Sequence record: NC_049851.1
Length of the DNA stretch: 64,000 nt
Reading direction: 5' to 3' (one strand)
Positions 18,351-28,110 of this stretch are shown in pieces (the first letter of the stretch is position 1; each line of letters starts with the position of its first letter). The position numbers and the translations under genes were made by a program. Under the pieces are notes generated by a model that made no database searches, was not told where the DNA came from, and saw nothing but the letters and a program-made list of their open reading frames with translations.

Positions 18351-19847
18351 ATGGCAACGAAAAAGGCAGCAGCACCGGCAGCAAAGAAGGCGGCACCCAA
18401 GAAGGCACCGGCCGCTAAAAAGACGGCCGTGAAAGACGAAGTACTCGCGGAAATCGAAGCCGCGACCAAGACACCGAAGTTCGACGTGCGTTCGTTCTAT
18501 CGTGGAACCATTGACGACGTGAGCCGTCGTCAGGGCGTTGAGGCCGATCCCATGGAGGACATCAAGCCGCTGAGCACTGGCCTGCTGATGCTGGACCTGC
18601 TGTACGGCGGTGGTATCCGACCAGCGATGTACACGCACGCTGGCGACGAACAGACGGCAAAGACGACGCTGGCACTGATGGTCATGGTCAACGCAGTCAA
18701 CAAGAACGTGCCGCTGATCGCGTTCTGGGACTACGAGGGCTCGACGAAGAACTCGAAACCGTATCTCGCATCGATCCTGCGTTCGATGGGTGCCAAGGTC
18801 GGCATTCGAGACGTGTTCGGCAAGAAAGACAAGGAAACGGGCCAGTGGCTCGTGCATCCGGTCGTTCAGTACTACCCAGAAACCATTGGCGAGAAGTTCT
18901 TCTCGTGGATGGCCGCAATCCAAAAGCAGTACCCGGACAAGCGTCTGGTGGCCGGTAAGTGGTGGCTGATTTACGACGACAACAAAGCCAACAAAGCCAT
19001 GATCGGTGACGCACACGATCCGAAGATGGCCAAGAAATACGGAAAGGGCCTGTGGGTCGAAGCCCCGGACGGCAACCTTCAGGGTGTGGTCATCGTCGAC
19101 TCGTACCCGGCAATGAACCCGGAGTCGAACGACGACGAGGACGCAGACAACTCGTTGGGCGTCCACGCGCGATTCTTCGCCAAGCACCTTCCGCGCGTGA
19201 AGGGCCGCATGGGCAAGAAGATGATTGCACTGCTCGGCATGAACCAGCTTTCGGATATTCCGATGGCCATGTACGGGCCGAAGCAACAAGAGTCGTGCGG
19301 CAAGAAGCTGCGCTACTACTCGGATGTCCGAATCTGGAACACGAAGCGTGGCTCCGGCATGCCGTTCAACGCAGTCTTCGACAAGGAAGAAGGCACCGAA
19401 CTCGAAAAGAGCGTGACGGGCAAGGGCAACGACTCGTATCGGTATATCCAGACGAAGACGGTCAAGAACAAGCTGTGGACGCCGGGCCGGAAAGCGTGGT
19501 TCCGCATCTGGGTTGCAGACGCCGAAGGCAACGGCTGCGGTCTCGACCCGTTCTTCGACACGATCATGTATCTGAAGGAGACGGGACAGCTTGTCGGTAA
19601 CGACCGCAAGCGCCTGACCCTGAAGCTTGACGGCCTCGATCCGATCCACAAGCCCACGTGGATGGAACTCAAGACGTGGGTGCTCGGGACCAAGGAACAG
19701 AAGGTCGAAATCTGCAAGAAGTTCAAGATCGCGAAGCCGTTCTGTCTGCGTGCATGGTGCTTCAAGCAGAGCGAATCGGGTAAGGGCGAAACGCTCTACG
19801 TCGAGCAGAAGGGTGAGAAGAAGGTCAGCGAGGAATCGGAGGACTAA
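18351..19847 (+). CDS. recA: RecA/UvsX-like recombinase with Lys/Ala/Pro-rich N-tail
   Basis: LSTGLLMLDLLYGGGI; Walker A-like GDEQTAKTT; Walker B VVIVDSYPAM; NQL; CGKKLRYYSDVRI; KTVKNK. Confidence 0.88.
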   Translation: MATKKAAAPAAKKAAPKKAPAAKKTAVKDEVLAEIEAATKTPKFDVRSFYRGTIDDVSRRQGVEADPMEDIKPLSTGLLMLDLLYGGGIRPAMYTHAGDEQTAKTTLALMVMVNAVNKNVPLIAFWDYEGSTKNSKPYLASILRSMGAKVGIRDVFGKKDKETGQWLVHPVVQYYPETIGEKFFSWMAAIQKQYPDKRLVAGKWWLIYDDNKANKAMIGDAHDPKMAKKYGKGLWVEAPDGNLQGVVIVDSYPAMNPESNDDEDADNSLGVHARFFAKHLPRVKGRMGKKMIALLGMNQLSDIPMAMYGPKQQESCGKKLRYYSDVRIWNTKRGSGMPFNAVFDKEEGTELEKSVTGKGNDSYRYIQTKTVKNKLWTPGRKAWFRIWVADAEGNGCGLDPFFDTIMYLKETGQLVGNDRKRLTLKLDGLDPIHKPTWMELKTWVLGTKEQKVEICKKFKIAKPFCLRAWCFKQSESGKGETLYVEQKGEKKVSEESED

Positions 19848-20545
19848 TGGGATACAATCCGCTCGTGCTCTCCACACGTGAAGAGCAAGAACAGGCGGAT
19901 GACTTCCTGATGTCCCTGACGCAATTGGCACGGACTACTACCAATCCGCAAGGTAGTTCTCCTATGCAAGAGATTGAGCGGAGACTAGCCGAGGCGCAGG
20001 CCCCGGAACAAAACGCGAGCGCTCCGGCCCCCCAGCGGGTACGACGTTCGCGTTTTTTCTATTCTCCGACCAAGAGCTTCAAGGAGGCCGTAGACGATGC
20101 TAAGGGGATTTCTGAACCGAAGTCATTGCCTGTTGAAAATGGTGAGATAAACGACCGGGCCGAGGCGTACGCGCGTGAACTCCCTGTCGCGCTCTCGGAC
20201 AAGATCGCGGTTATACGCGAGTACCTGTTGAACGAGTGGGCACCGTCTGCGTTTGCGACGAGCGCGGCCACCGCACAGTTCATGGATGTTGCGCAACGTA
20301 CACTTGGGACTGCCATCGACACGCAGCCCATGATGAAGCTGCAACTCATGGTCGACAAGGCACTCACCGTCAAGATGGCTGAGTTCGTAGCCCAGTTCAT
20401 GAATCTGGACCCTTCGCAGGCACCGGCACTAGCAGATCACGTGGCCCCCAAGAAGGAGGCCATCATCATCCATCCACATGACGACGAGCGCCGTCAGCGG
20501 CAGCGTCCAGCACCACGCAGAGAACGAGAAGATGAAGAAGATTGA
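19847..20545 (+). CDS. hypothetical protein
   Basis: Coupled ORF between recA and terL. Confidence 0.7.
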   Translation: MGYNPLVLSTREEQEQADDFLMSLTQLARTTTNPQGSSPMQEIERRLAEAQAPEQNASAPAPQRVRRSRFFYSPTKSFKEAVDDAKGISEPKSLPVENGEINDRAEAYARELPVALSDKIAVIREYLLNEWAPSAFATSAATAQFMDVAQRTLGTAIDTQPMMKLQLMVDKALTVKMAEFVAQFMNLDPSQAPALADHVAPKKEAIIIHPHDDERRQRQRPAPRREREDEED

Positions 20546-22736
20546 CTATTCGAAGGTGACCGGCGTAGCTGATCATCTTGCGGAACTTGCCGAGTCGGGT
20601 GATTACAATCTGTTTCCCGGCCTCCTTTCGGACTCCGAAATGGAAGAGATTCAGCGTCGACGCGTGAAGGCAAAGCCGAAGGGCAAAGTCGCCACCGTGC
20701 GCGAAGACGAGTACATCATCAAGGGTGGCGGTGTCAGCGACGATGGTGAGGTCGTCGACGACTTTGACATCGCACGCTACATGGCAGAGGCCGAGGACAA
20801 GGAAACGGGCGTCCTGCACGATCTGAAGATCGATACGCGCGACATGCGCGCTGCCAAGAACTTCTACGACTACGCATTCAACATGCAGTCGGCAAAGGCA
20901 AACCCTCCGTGGTCGCGCCAGATGTGGGTTGGCCTGATGCTATTCGGTGAGGTGTGTCCACGCTGTTCGGATCACGACTGGCTAGACATTCACAACGTTC
21001 CGGTCGACTTCAAGGCCAAGGACATGCCGGATCGCCTACAGTTGCTGGAGTTCGGAAAGTGCCCGCGTTGCGGCTCCGACAAGTGGGACCTGATTCAAAA
21101 CCACGGACTCCGAAACTACATGCAGTACGTGGGCGTGATCGGGCAGCGGGGCTCGAAGTCGTCGCTCACCGCACTCCTGTCCTCGTACTCGCTGCATCGG
21201 TTTGTCAAGTTCCCGAACTACGCATCGCTGTCGAAGTCGATGCAGGCGTCGACCGAGTTGACCGGCACGTTCGTATCGCTGACGTTTGCCAAGGCCGTTG
21301 GTGTTCTGTGGACTCCGTTCAAGAAGATCATCGAAGAGAGCGACTGGTGGAAGGGATTGTTCGATATCCTGAAGCATCACGGTAACCAGATGGGCACCGA
21401 GTTGTACACGATGTCGAGCCTGTACCTGACGCTAGGCTACAAGAACATACGATTCTACCCAAGCGGCCCGAAGTCGAGCACGCTGCGGGGGGACACGCGG
21501 ATTCTTGCGGCACTGGACGAATTGGGTCTGTTCCCGCTTCCGACAGGAGATAGTGAGGAAGACGAAACAAGTGAACGTGCAAACTCGGACGAGGCGCACA
21601 AGTCGCTGTACAACAGTCTCGGTACTGTTTCGGTCACCTACGAAAACCTGCTGAAGGAAGGCGTATCCAGCGCACCGCCACCTCTGCTCTTCAACGTGTC
21701 GTCGCCGTACTCGCAGCGCGACAAGATGATGCGGCTGCTTCGGGAGGCGCGGACGCCGGACGGTGAGAAGGTGATGCTTGGCGTCAACCTCGCGACGTGG
21801 GAAATGAACCCGTTCTACACGCGAAACTCCCAGATCATCGCACAGGCGTACGCAGCCAACCCCGAAAAGGCGGCTCGTGACTGGGGTGCAAGTCCTCCGG
21901 CCGTACACTCGCGATTCATCCATCCGGATACTGTGGGCGAAGGTGTGTTTGTTGGCGGTCCTAACGCTCACAACTTCATCTACCAATTCGACAAGCCGGG
22001 TGAGGTGTATGGGCGCATCGAGCGGGTACGCGGTAACCAGTGGCCGAGCATCATCGCTATCGACGCAGGTTCCTCGAACAACTCGTTCTGTATCGCGGCC
22101 GTGCACTACAACTTCGAGACCGGGAAGACGGTGGTCGGAACCGCACTCGAATGTATTCCGATGAACGGGAAGAAGGTAAACTTCAACCTGCTGTACCTGA
22201 ACGTGATCCTGAAACTGGCGCGCGAAACGAATGCGGTTGGCATGGTGGCCGACCAATGGCAGTCGATTGATCTGTTGCAGCGTATCCGCGAGGACATGGG
22301 CCTGAATCCGCTCGGGAAACCCCGGTGCTTGCCTCGTCAGTACTCGCCACGTCGTAAGGACTTCGATGCATGTCGCGCGATGCTCACGTCGAAGAACCTG
22401 ATTCTTCCGACAATCACCGAGTCTGATCGGGATCGGATTGTGGCGGGCGGTATCGACGATTACCGCTCTGAATTCATGAACCGTCCGGTTCCCCACATTC
22501 TGCACCAGATGATCACGGTGCGCGATGTGGGCCCCGAAAAGTGCCCGGAAAAGGGCGAAGGCTACACCGACGACATGTTCCGGGCCATCGTTTTGGGCTC
22601 TACCATCGTCCACCATCCGAGAGTGATGGAGCGTCTGGCAGAAGCGCGGAACTTCAACTACGGCGGCGACAACGGAAACCGTATGCCGGAACCCGGATTT
22701 GCTGGTCGCTCGGGTGGCTTCGGGGCACGTCGATAA
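20532..22736 (+). CDS. terL: terminase large subunit
   Basis: Walker A-like GQRGSKS, Walker B AALDELG, NVSSP coupling motif, nuclease IAIDAG...ADQWQS...TDDMFRA. Start codon is uncertain. Confidence 0.85.
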   Translation: MKKIDYSKVTGVADHLAELAESGDYNLFPGLLSDSEMEEIQRRRVKAKPKGKVATVREDEYIIKGGGVSDDGEVVDDFDIARYMAEAEDKETGVLHDLKIDTRDMRAAKNFYDYAFNMQSAKANPPWSRQMWVGLMLFGEVCPRCSDHDWLDIHNVPVDFKAKDMPDRLQLLEFGKCPRCGSDKWDLIQNHGLRNYMQYVGVIGQRGSKSSLTALLSSYSLHRFVKFPNYASLSKSMQASTELTGTFVSLTFAKAVGVLWTPFKKIIEESDWWKGLFDILKHHGNQMGTELYTMSSLYLTLGYKNIRFYPSGPKSSTLRGDTRILAALDELGLFPLPTGDSEEDETSERANSDEAHKSLYNSLGTVSVTYENLLKEGVSSAPPPLLFNVSSPYSQRDKMMRLLREARTPDGEKVMLGVNLATWEMNPFYTRNSQIIAQAYAANPEKAARDWGASPPAVHSRFIHPDTVGEGVFVGGPNAHNFIYQFDKPGEVYGRIERVRGNQWPSIIAIDAGSSNNSFCIAAVHYNFETGKTVVGTALECIPMNGKKVNFNLLYLNVILKLARETNAVGMVADQWQSIDLLQRIREDMGLNPLGKPRCLPRQYSPRRKDFDACRAMLTSKNLILPTITESDRDRIVAGGIDDYRSEFMNRPVPHILHQMITVRDVGPEKCPEKGEGYTDDMFRAIVLGSTIVHHPRVMERLAEARNFNYGGDNGNRMPEPGFAGRSGGFGARR

Positions 22737-22749
22737 GCGGTTAAATCCT

Positions 22750-22762
22750 CAATTTTAGTGTA
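22750..22762 (+). promoter_or_regulatory. class B motif CAATTTTAGTGTA (candidate late promoter)
   Basis: Same 13-mer on the minus strand at 50570-50582. CAATTTTA also at 28095, 44535, 51648(-), 60947(-), 60965(-). Confidence 0.55.
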
Positions 22763-22782
22763 CCAATTATTGAGGATTGCGT

Positions 22783-23409
22783 ATGGCTAAAAAGAAAGTG
22801 AAAAAGCCGCGCGAAGCCTACGTTTTGCCCGAGACCTCGGGTCTGGCACCTGACACCAAGCGTGTTTTGGCGCTGGACCCGGGGTCTAGCAACACGGGTA
22901 TCGCGCTAGTTGCCGTAAATTCGGCAGGGCGGGTGAAAGTCATGGCCAACGCGGTACTGGAAAAGCCAGTAGCAGACCTAACCAAGTTCGGAGAATCGCG
23001 GACCGCGTTTTTGGCAGAGATTAAACGGTGGGTCGACTTGTACCAACCGCAGGGTTTCATTGCCGAGCGGTTCATGACGCGCGGACAGCAATCGATGGGT
23101 ACTACTATCGAATGCGTGTCCGTCATGATCGGGCTGATGGCCGGAACCTATCCGGAAATTCCGATGCTCACGATCCCGGCAGCGCAGTGGAAGAACGCAT
23201 GGCACCACAGGCACAAGGGTGCCACGCTCGAAGAGACGTACAAGATTTCGCGCACAACCCCTCACCAAGTAGATGCCGCGTTCATTGGCATCTACGCACT
23301 GGAGCGTGGGTTGGGCAAGACGTTCGAATACGACCCGATGCGTATCGTTCACCAAGCAGAGATCACAAGCTGTACCAGACTTGTAAATCGTAGACCAAAG
23401 AAGAGGTGA
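22783..23409 (+). CDS. ruvC: RuvC-like Holliday junction resolvase
   Basis: VLALDPGSSNTGIA; FIAERF; HQVDAAFIG. Confidence 0.88.
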   Translation: MAKKKVKKPREAYVLPETSGLAPDTKRVLALDPGSSNTGIALVAVNSAGRVKVMANAVLEKPVADLTKFGESRTAFLAEIKRWVDLYQPQGFIAERFMTRGQQSMGTTIECVSVMIGLMAGTYPEIPMLTIPAAQWKNAWHHRHKGATLEETYKISRTTPHQVDAAFIGIYALERGLGKTFEYDPMRIVHQAEITSCTRLVNRRPKKR

Positions 23410-23413
23410 GGAC

Positions 23414-23653
23414 ATGAAAGCACAACTTCCTCAAGCATTCACGAGTGCGGGCGTTACCCGCACCCAGATCGCAGCCGCAATCGCGCCCGCAAACAAGATC
23501 GAAGCGCGCATCAACATGAGCGCTGAAGTGGCGGGTGCCGGGCTCTGCCCCGAGTGTAAGAAGCCAATGGAACGCAGCAACGCCAACGGCTTCCCAGTCC
23601 TGATCTGTGAGGCGCACCGTATCGCTATACCGATGCCCAACGGAACCGTGTGA
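23414..23653 (+). CDS. small zinc-ribbon protein
   Basis: CPECKKPM...CEAHR; GAGGTGAGG RBS. Confidence 0.7.
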   Translation: MKAQLPQAFTSAGVTRTQIAAAIAPANKIEARINMSAEVAGAGLCPECKKPMERSNANGFPVLICEAHRIAIPMPNGTV

Positions 23654-23660
23654 GGCTCCT

Positions 23661-24527
23661 ATGGCTGAGAAAAAGAAACCCGCGCTGACCATCGAAGAAA
23701 TGATGGGCTTTGATCTGCGGGACAAAACCGATGCGGTGCCCAAGAAGGTGAAGAAGGACAAGACGAAGGTAAAACGGGCTCCGGCTCTGGATATCGAAGA
23801 CGTGGAAGCGGTCGAGATTCCGGTGCCGAAGAAAAAGAAGCGAGGGCGTCCACCGGAACCGCGCAACGACGAAATGACCCGTCGCGAGCGTGACCGGGAC
23901 GCACCAGCCCCGTCTACGGCTCTCGAAGTCATTGGGCGCGATCCGCTCGAAGACGACGAAGACGACATGGCGCTTACTGCGGTCAAGAAAAAGAAACATA
24001 AGGAGTCCGACGAAGATTCCGGAAACCGAATCTCTCGACTGAAGTCTAGCGGCCTGAACTCCATTCTTGGTGACGATGCCGAAAAGCTGCAACAGCTTCT
24101 CGAAGACGGTGACGCCGATTCAGCGGCCAACGCTCTTCAGAAGCGGATGCTTCAGACCTGTATTGACCTGATTGCAGAGGTTGAAAACGGGGTTCGTGAA
24201 TCGAAGGGGCGCTACGGTGTCCACTCGTTCAACAACCTCATCATGTCGATTCGTGAACTCATGACCGACATGCAACAAACGAAGGATCGGGGCGCTATAG
24301 GGCTGACTATCAGTGAGACGGTGTTGCGACCGCTCTTGCTCGACATTGCGATGATGATCATGAACGAAACAGCGGCTATTACGGCTGCTGTGAAGCCTTT
24401 AGTATCCCTTGACGACTTCAAAGAGTTTCGTAAAGAGATAGATGAGGTTCGCGCGCGTACCGGCGCGTTCATGCAGTCGTCGTATGCGGGGGCACGAGAT
24501 CGCATCATCGAGTTCATGCAACGTTAA
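23661..24527 (+). CDS. hypothetical protein (charged N-half, helical C-half)
   Basis: ATG 23661 after GAGG; could be a small terminase subunit but this is unsupported. Confidence 0.7.
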   Translation: MAEKKKPALTIEEMMGFDLRDKTDAVPKKVKKDKTKVKRAPALDIEDVEAVEIPVPKKKKRGRPPEPRNDEMTRRERDRDAPAPSTALEVIGRDPLEDDEDDMALTAVKKKKHKESDEDSGNRISRLKSSGLNSILGDDAEKLQQLLEDGDADSAANALQKRMLQTCIDLIAEVENGVRESKGRYGVHSFNNLIMSIRELMTDMQQTKDRGAIGLTISETVLRPLLLDIAMMIMNETAAITAAVKPLVSLDDFKEFRKEIDEVRARTGAFMQSSYAGARDRIIEFMQR

Positions 24528-24541
24528 CGAAGGTGGTGATC

Positions 24542-24679
24542 ATGGTCTTGTCGGCTTATGCTTCAGCGGTGCACCTCGGTGCCTTCATTCTTTCGGTGTA
24601 CGGAGTAGCGGAGTTCGCGCACGAGGTAACGCTGCACATAGCAGCAAAGGATATGTGGTGGCAAAGAAATCGACAATGA
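24542..24679 (+). CDS. unannotated 45 aa hydrophobic peptide
   Basis: MVLSAYASAVHLGAFILSVYGVAEFAHEVTLHIAAKDMWWQRNRQ*; AAGGTGGTG SD-like sequence; fills a 130 nt gap. Confidence 0.45.
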   Translation: MVLSAYASAVHLGAFILSVYGVAEFAHEVTLHIAAKDMWWQRNRQ

Positions 24680-25152
24680 CGCGTGCCGAGGTGGCAAGTA
24701 CCATCAAGGCCAAGGTAGCGGATTATTGGCGAGAGAAAATGTATGCCGTTAGCGCAGAGGTCGGCCTGAATAAGGGCGGTTCTCTGCGCGCTGACGTTTT
24801 AGCGGTCCACATGAAGAACGAAATCGTGATGGTGGAAGTCAAGTCGTGTTTGGCCGACTTCCGAAACGACCGCAAGTGGCCGCAGTACCTGAAGTACTGC
24901 AATCGACTGTTCTTCGCAGTCGGTGCCGCGACATACGAGAAAATCAAAGCTGATATTCCGCCTGAAGTTGGGGTGTTCGTCATTCGCTCCTATCTAAACA
25001 AGAAGTATTCGTACAAGCGTACAGCCATACGAATGGTCAGGTCTGCGAAGCATCGTGAGATCGACCCGAGCATTATGGCCAACGTGGCTATTCGCATGGC
25101 ATACCGTGGTGCCGACATGACGCGGTTCCGGGTAAACAACAGAATCAAATAA
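24658..25152 (+). CDS. mmcB: MmcB-like PD-(D/E)xK nuclease
   Basis: LRADVLAV...VEVKSCLADFRNDRKWPQYLKYCNRLFFAV. Confidence 0.8.
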   Translation: MAKKSTMTRAEVASTIKAKVADYWREKMYAVSAEVGLNKGGSLRADVLAVHMKNEIVMVEVKSCLADFRNDRKWPQYLKYCNRLFFAVGAATYEKIKADIPPEVGVFVIRSYLNKKYSYKRTAIRMVRSAKHREIDPSIMANVAIRMAYRGADMTRFRVNNRIK

Positions 25153-25162
25153 GGAGTAGTCA

Positions 25163-27118
25163 ATGTACACGCGCAATCGCATTCTCGGGGTCCATGGTGG
25201 CTCCATCAACGTAGACCCGGTTGGTGACAGTAACGTGGTTGCTGCCCGGGCAGTGCGCGCGAACATGATGCCTGTGACCGCGAACATGGGTTACGGCGGT
25301 CTGGGCCTCGGCGGCGGTTCCGGTGCCTCCACAAACGTCAACAGTTTCTGGGCATCGAACTATCAGTACATGATGACGGGCATCCTGCCCGCAGACCCCG
25401 GTCTTACCGATACTGCCAACCTGAAGCTGTTCTATCGGGACATCTACCTGTTCGACAGCACGGCCGGTTCCGCAATCGACATTCAGTCGCACTTCCCATT
25501 CTCGGACTGGGAATTGCGTGGCCTCACGGAGAAGGAACTTGCTCCGTTCAACGAGACGCTGATGCGCCTCAACATCCGCCAGATGCTGCCGTTGATCAGC
25601 ACTGCTTATCTGGTAGACGGATTCTTCTGCGGGTCCATGGTGTTCGATCCGCGTTCGCGCCAGTTCATGGATACGCTAATCCACGACGCGCTTTCCTGCA
25701 ACGTGCTTCCGTCGTCGTTCTTCTGCATCGATCCCGAGATCAGTGTGACTACGAGTCAGGCAACGCAGCAGATGTTGCATTCTGCCTCAGAGTACACGCG
25801 TCGCTATCTCGATTCGATGCCGCAGTCGTTTGTGAACCAGCTTCGCGACGGCGCGTTCACGTTGGACCCAGTGACCATGCTGTATGTGGCGCGTCGCTCC
25901 ACCACGGACCGTGCGTCGACCTCGTACCTGCACCGTATTCTCCCGATGTACCTGATCGAGAAGACGCTGTTCCGGGGCACGCTCACCGAGGCGCAACGAC
26001 GCCAGCGTGCAATGACCCACCTGACGGCCGGCGACGACAAGTGGACGCCGACTGGCGAAGAACTGAACGCGCTGGTCCGCACGTTCCAGCAGGCCGAATA
26101 CGATCCGCTCGGCGGCTGGGTGTCGACTCGTAACGCGGTTCAGGCGGTCGACATTCGACCCGGTGGTGACTTCTGGCGCTGGTACGATACGGCCGACGTT
26201 CTGGTGCCGTACAAGCTGCGTGCCATGGGCATCAGCGAGGCGTTCATGGAAGGCGACACTTCGTACGCGGCAGCAGAGTCTGCGTACTCGTCGTTCCTTG
26301 AGACCCAGAACTCGTACCGACAGTACCTGACGGACTCGATCTTCTACTCGAAGATTTTCCCGCTCGTCGCCGTCATCAACGACCTGTACAAGGACCCGAA
26401 GAAGCGTGCGCAGACCGGTCACGTCGTCGACTTCCTGTTCAACAAGGGCAACCGCCAGAACCTCAAGATGCCGCAGCTTCACTGGCACAAGAAGCTTGAG
26501 GTGAAGGGCGAAGAGAACATGATGGAAATGCTCGAACTCGCATCCGAGAAGGGCGTTCCAGTTCCGCTCAAGATGTGGATGGCAGCAGCCCAGATCGATC
26601 CGGAAGCGCTCGACCGCGACCTCAAGGAAGATCGTGCGTATCGCGCGATGCTCCAGAAGTACACGGGCAAGGACACCAGCTTCCAAGCCGAGACCGAGAA
26701 CATCAACAGCCCTTGGGTGGGCAAAGAGGGTGGATGGGGTCATGGTGGCCCGCGCAGTGATCGTGATGAAATGGAAGACCGTGGTATCGAGCGAGCCGAG
26801 GAACCCGAGTTGCGCGCCCTGTTCGAACGCACGGCCGCTGGTAACCGCACCAGCGAATCCTTCAACCTCAATAGCCGGGGCTACCGTCAGCCGCTGCTGG
26901 CACGTGAATTCGAAGGCGACTCGTGGACGTTGACGAAGACTGGCAAAATCAAGCACAACCCGAATCCGGTGAACGCTCGACGCCAGATGAACGACAACAT
27001 CTACAAGATCGCGAAGCGCGCGACACGCGATCCGAACTACCGTGCGGAGTTGAAGAAACGCAATATCGAAAAACGGGGAAGCGCGGTCCTGCGCCACAAC
27101 CCCGCACTCAAGGACTGA
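25163..27118 (+). CDS. probable portal protein
   Basis: 651 aa; AAGGAG RBS; DSTAGSAIDI...LNIRQML..I...YLVDG resembles portal N-terminal regions; lies near terL. Inference. Confidence 0.55.
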   Translation: MYTRNRILGVHGGSINVDPVGDSNVVAARAVRANMMPVTANMGYGGLGLGGGSGASTNVNSFWASNYQYMMTGILPADPGLTDTANLKLFYRDIYLFDSTAGSAIDIQSHFPFSDWELRGLTEKELAPFNETLMRLNIRQMLPLISTAYLVDGFFCGSMVFDPRSRQFMDTLIHDALSCNVLPSSFFCIDPEISVTTSQATQQMLHSASEYTRRYLDSMPQSFVNQLRDGAFTLDPVTMLYVARRSTTDRASTSYLHRILPMYLIEKTLFRGTLTEAQRRQRAMTHLTAGDDKWTPTGEELNALVRTFQQAEYDPLGGWVSTRNAVQAVDIRPGGDFWRWYDTADVLVPYKLRAMGISEAFMEGDTSYAAAESAYSSFLETQNSYRQYLTDSIFYSKIFPLVAVINDLYKDPKKRAQTGHVVDFLFNKGNRQNLKMPQLHWHKKLEVKGEENMMEMLELASEKGVPVPLKMWMAAAQIDPEALDRDLKEDRAYRAMLQKYTGKDTSFQAETENINSPWVGKEGGWGHGGPRSDRDEMEDRGIERAEEPELRALFERTAAGNRTSESFNLNSRGYRQPLLAREFEGDSWTLTKTGKIKHNPNPVNARRQMNDNIYKIAKRATRDPNYRAELKKRNIEKRGSAVLRHNPALKD

Positions 27119-27124
27119 CAAATT

Positions 27125-27367
27125 ATGTACTCCTTTCTTGTGAACTCTAGCCGACCGGACCCCAACGATTTCAGTTGGCACGTTTACTCGAAAGCTACAC
27201 CCACGGCAGTCAGCGCGAACCTCACGCTCGAAAAAGGCGTCAAGTTTGGGGTTCGCGCGCACCCGGTGTCGCAACACTCTGTTCAGGTGGTAGTCGCTGG
27301 TGCGTCGCGCGTCTATAGCGTGAGTGCCCACCGACTTCCCCGCCTCTCCAAAGGAGCACGAAAATGA
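27125..27367 (+). CDS. hypothetical protein
   Basis: ORF between coupled genes. Confidence 0.6.
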   Translation: MYSFLVNSSRPDPNDFSWHVYSKATPTAVSANLTLEKGVKFGVRAHPVSQHSVQVVVAGASRVYSVSAHRLPRLSKGARK

Positions 27368-27810
27368 AGCCGAACATTCTGCACTGGGGAATCGTGTACG
27401 ACAGGTACACCCCGGCCGTCGAAGGGCAGATCGTTCGCGATCTGATCCTCGTCATCAATAAGGCACGTAGTGAGTACTCCGACGTAATCGTCGTGTGCGA
27501 ATCCGATGAGCCGCGTCGCGCGGTCGAAGCTCTTGGCATAGACCTCGATAACACGGTTGAACTCGCGAAATACTGGGTGCAGTACAAGACAGGAGAGCGC
27601 TGGCCCCCGGTCCCCGGCAACGCCCGAGCCATCGTTCAGCGTGACCTGTATCAGAAGCCCGCAAAGGTACGTATGGACCCGAGCGGTCGTGACAAGGGCT
27701 TCTTCCTGCCAGAACAGGGGAAGCCAAACAACAACTACCTGACGCTAAACCGGCCAGCGCCTAACGGCTATGCGCCGGTTGACCCGATTCTGGTGTCGTT
27801 GTGGACCTAA
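27364..27810 (+). CDS. hypothetical protein
   Basis: AAAGGAG RBS; ATGA overlap. Confidence 0.7.
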   Translation: MKPNILHWGIVYDRYTPAVEGQIVRDLILVINKARSEYSDVIVVCESDEPRRAVEALGIDLDNTVELAKYWVQYKTGERWPPVPGNARAIVQRDLYQKPAKVRMDPSGRDKGFFLPEQGKPNNNYLTLNRPAPNGYAPVDPILVSLWT

Positions 27811-27819
27811 AGGACGATC

Positions 27820-28089
27820 ATGGAGATCAATGCAGCAACTCGTTTGGTGGCAACCGAGAAATGGAGCCACGATGTGCACACGAAAAAGCATCCGCCTGAG
27901 CACAAGTTCAGCGACGGCTCTGCCGAGTCGATTGCGGAATGGGCGCGCAAGTCGCACGGTGGCGACACCAAGAAGGCGATGGATTCGCTCAACTTCTACA
28001 TCAACCGGGCCGGTCACAACCTGAGCGAAGAGCAGCGGTCGAAGGTCGAGCACGCCAAGAAGCTGTTGGGCGGCGGGGACAAAAAGTAA
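27820..28089 (+). CDS. DUF3175-like small protein with N-terminal AAxRLVA motif
   Basis: KWSHDV...AMDSLNFYINRAGHNL...AKKLL matches the recalled DUF3175 consensus (SAMSMLxFYINRAGxNL). Confidence 0.65.
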   Translation: MEINAATRLVATEKWSHDVHTKKHPPEHKFSDGSAESIAEWARKSHGGDTKKAMDSLNFYINRAGHNLSEEQRSKVEHAKKLLGGGDKK

Positions 28090-28110
28090 GTTCCCAATTT
28101 TATAGCGGTA

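Noticed and set aside
17083-19931. Long antisense ORFs (17083..18204 Ser-rich; 17502..19931)
   Set aside because: Shadows of the low-complexity GAC/GAA/AAG repeat and of strongly biased codon usage on the + strand; no RBS or independent protein features.
25787-27331. 514 aa antisense ORF over the portal-like gene (similarly 39129..40715, 10505..11764, 21432..22616)
   Set aside because: Antisense shadows of well-supported + strand genes in GC-rich DNA; no recognisable motifs.
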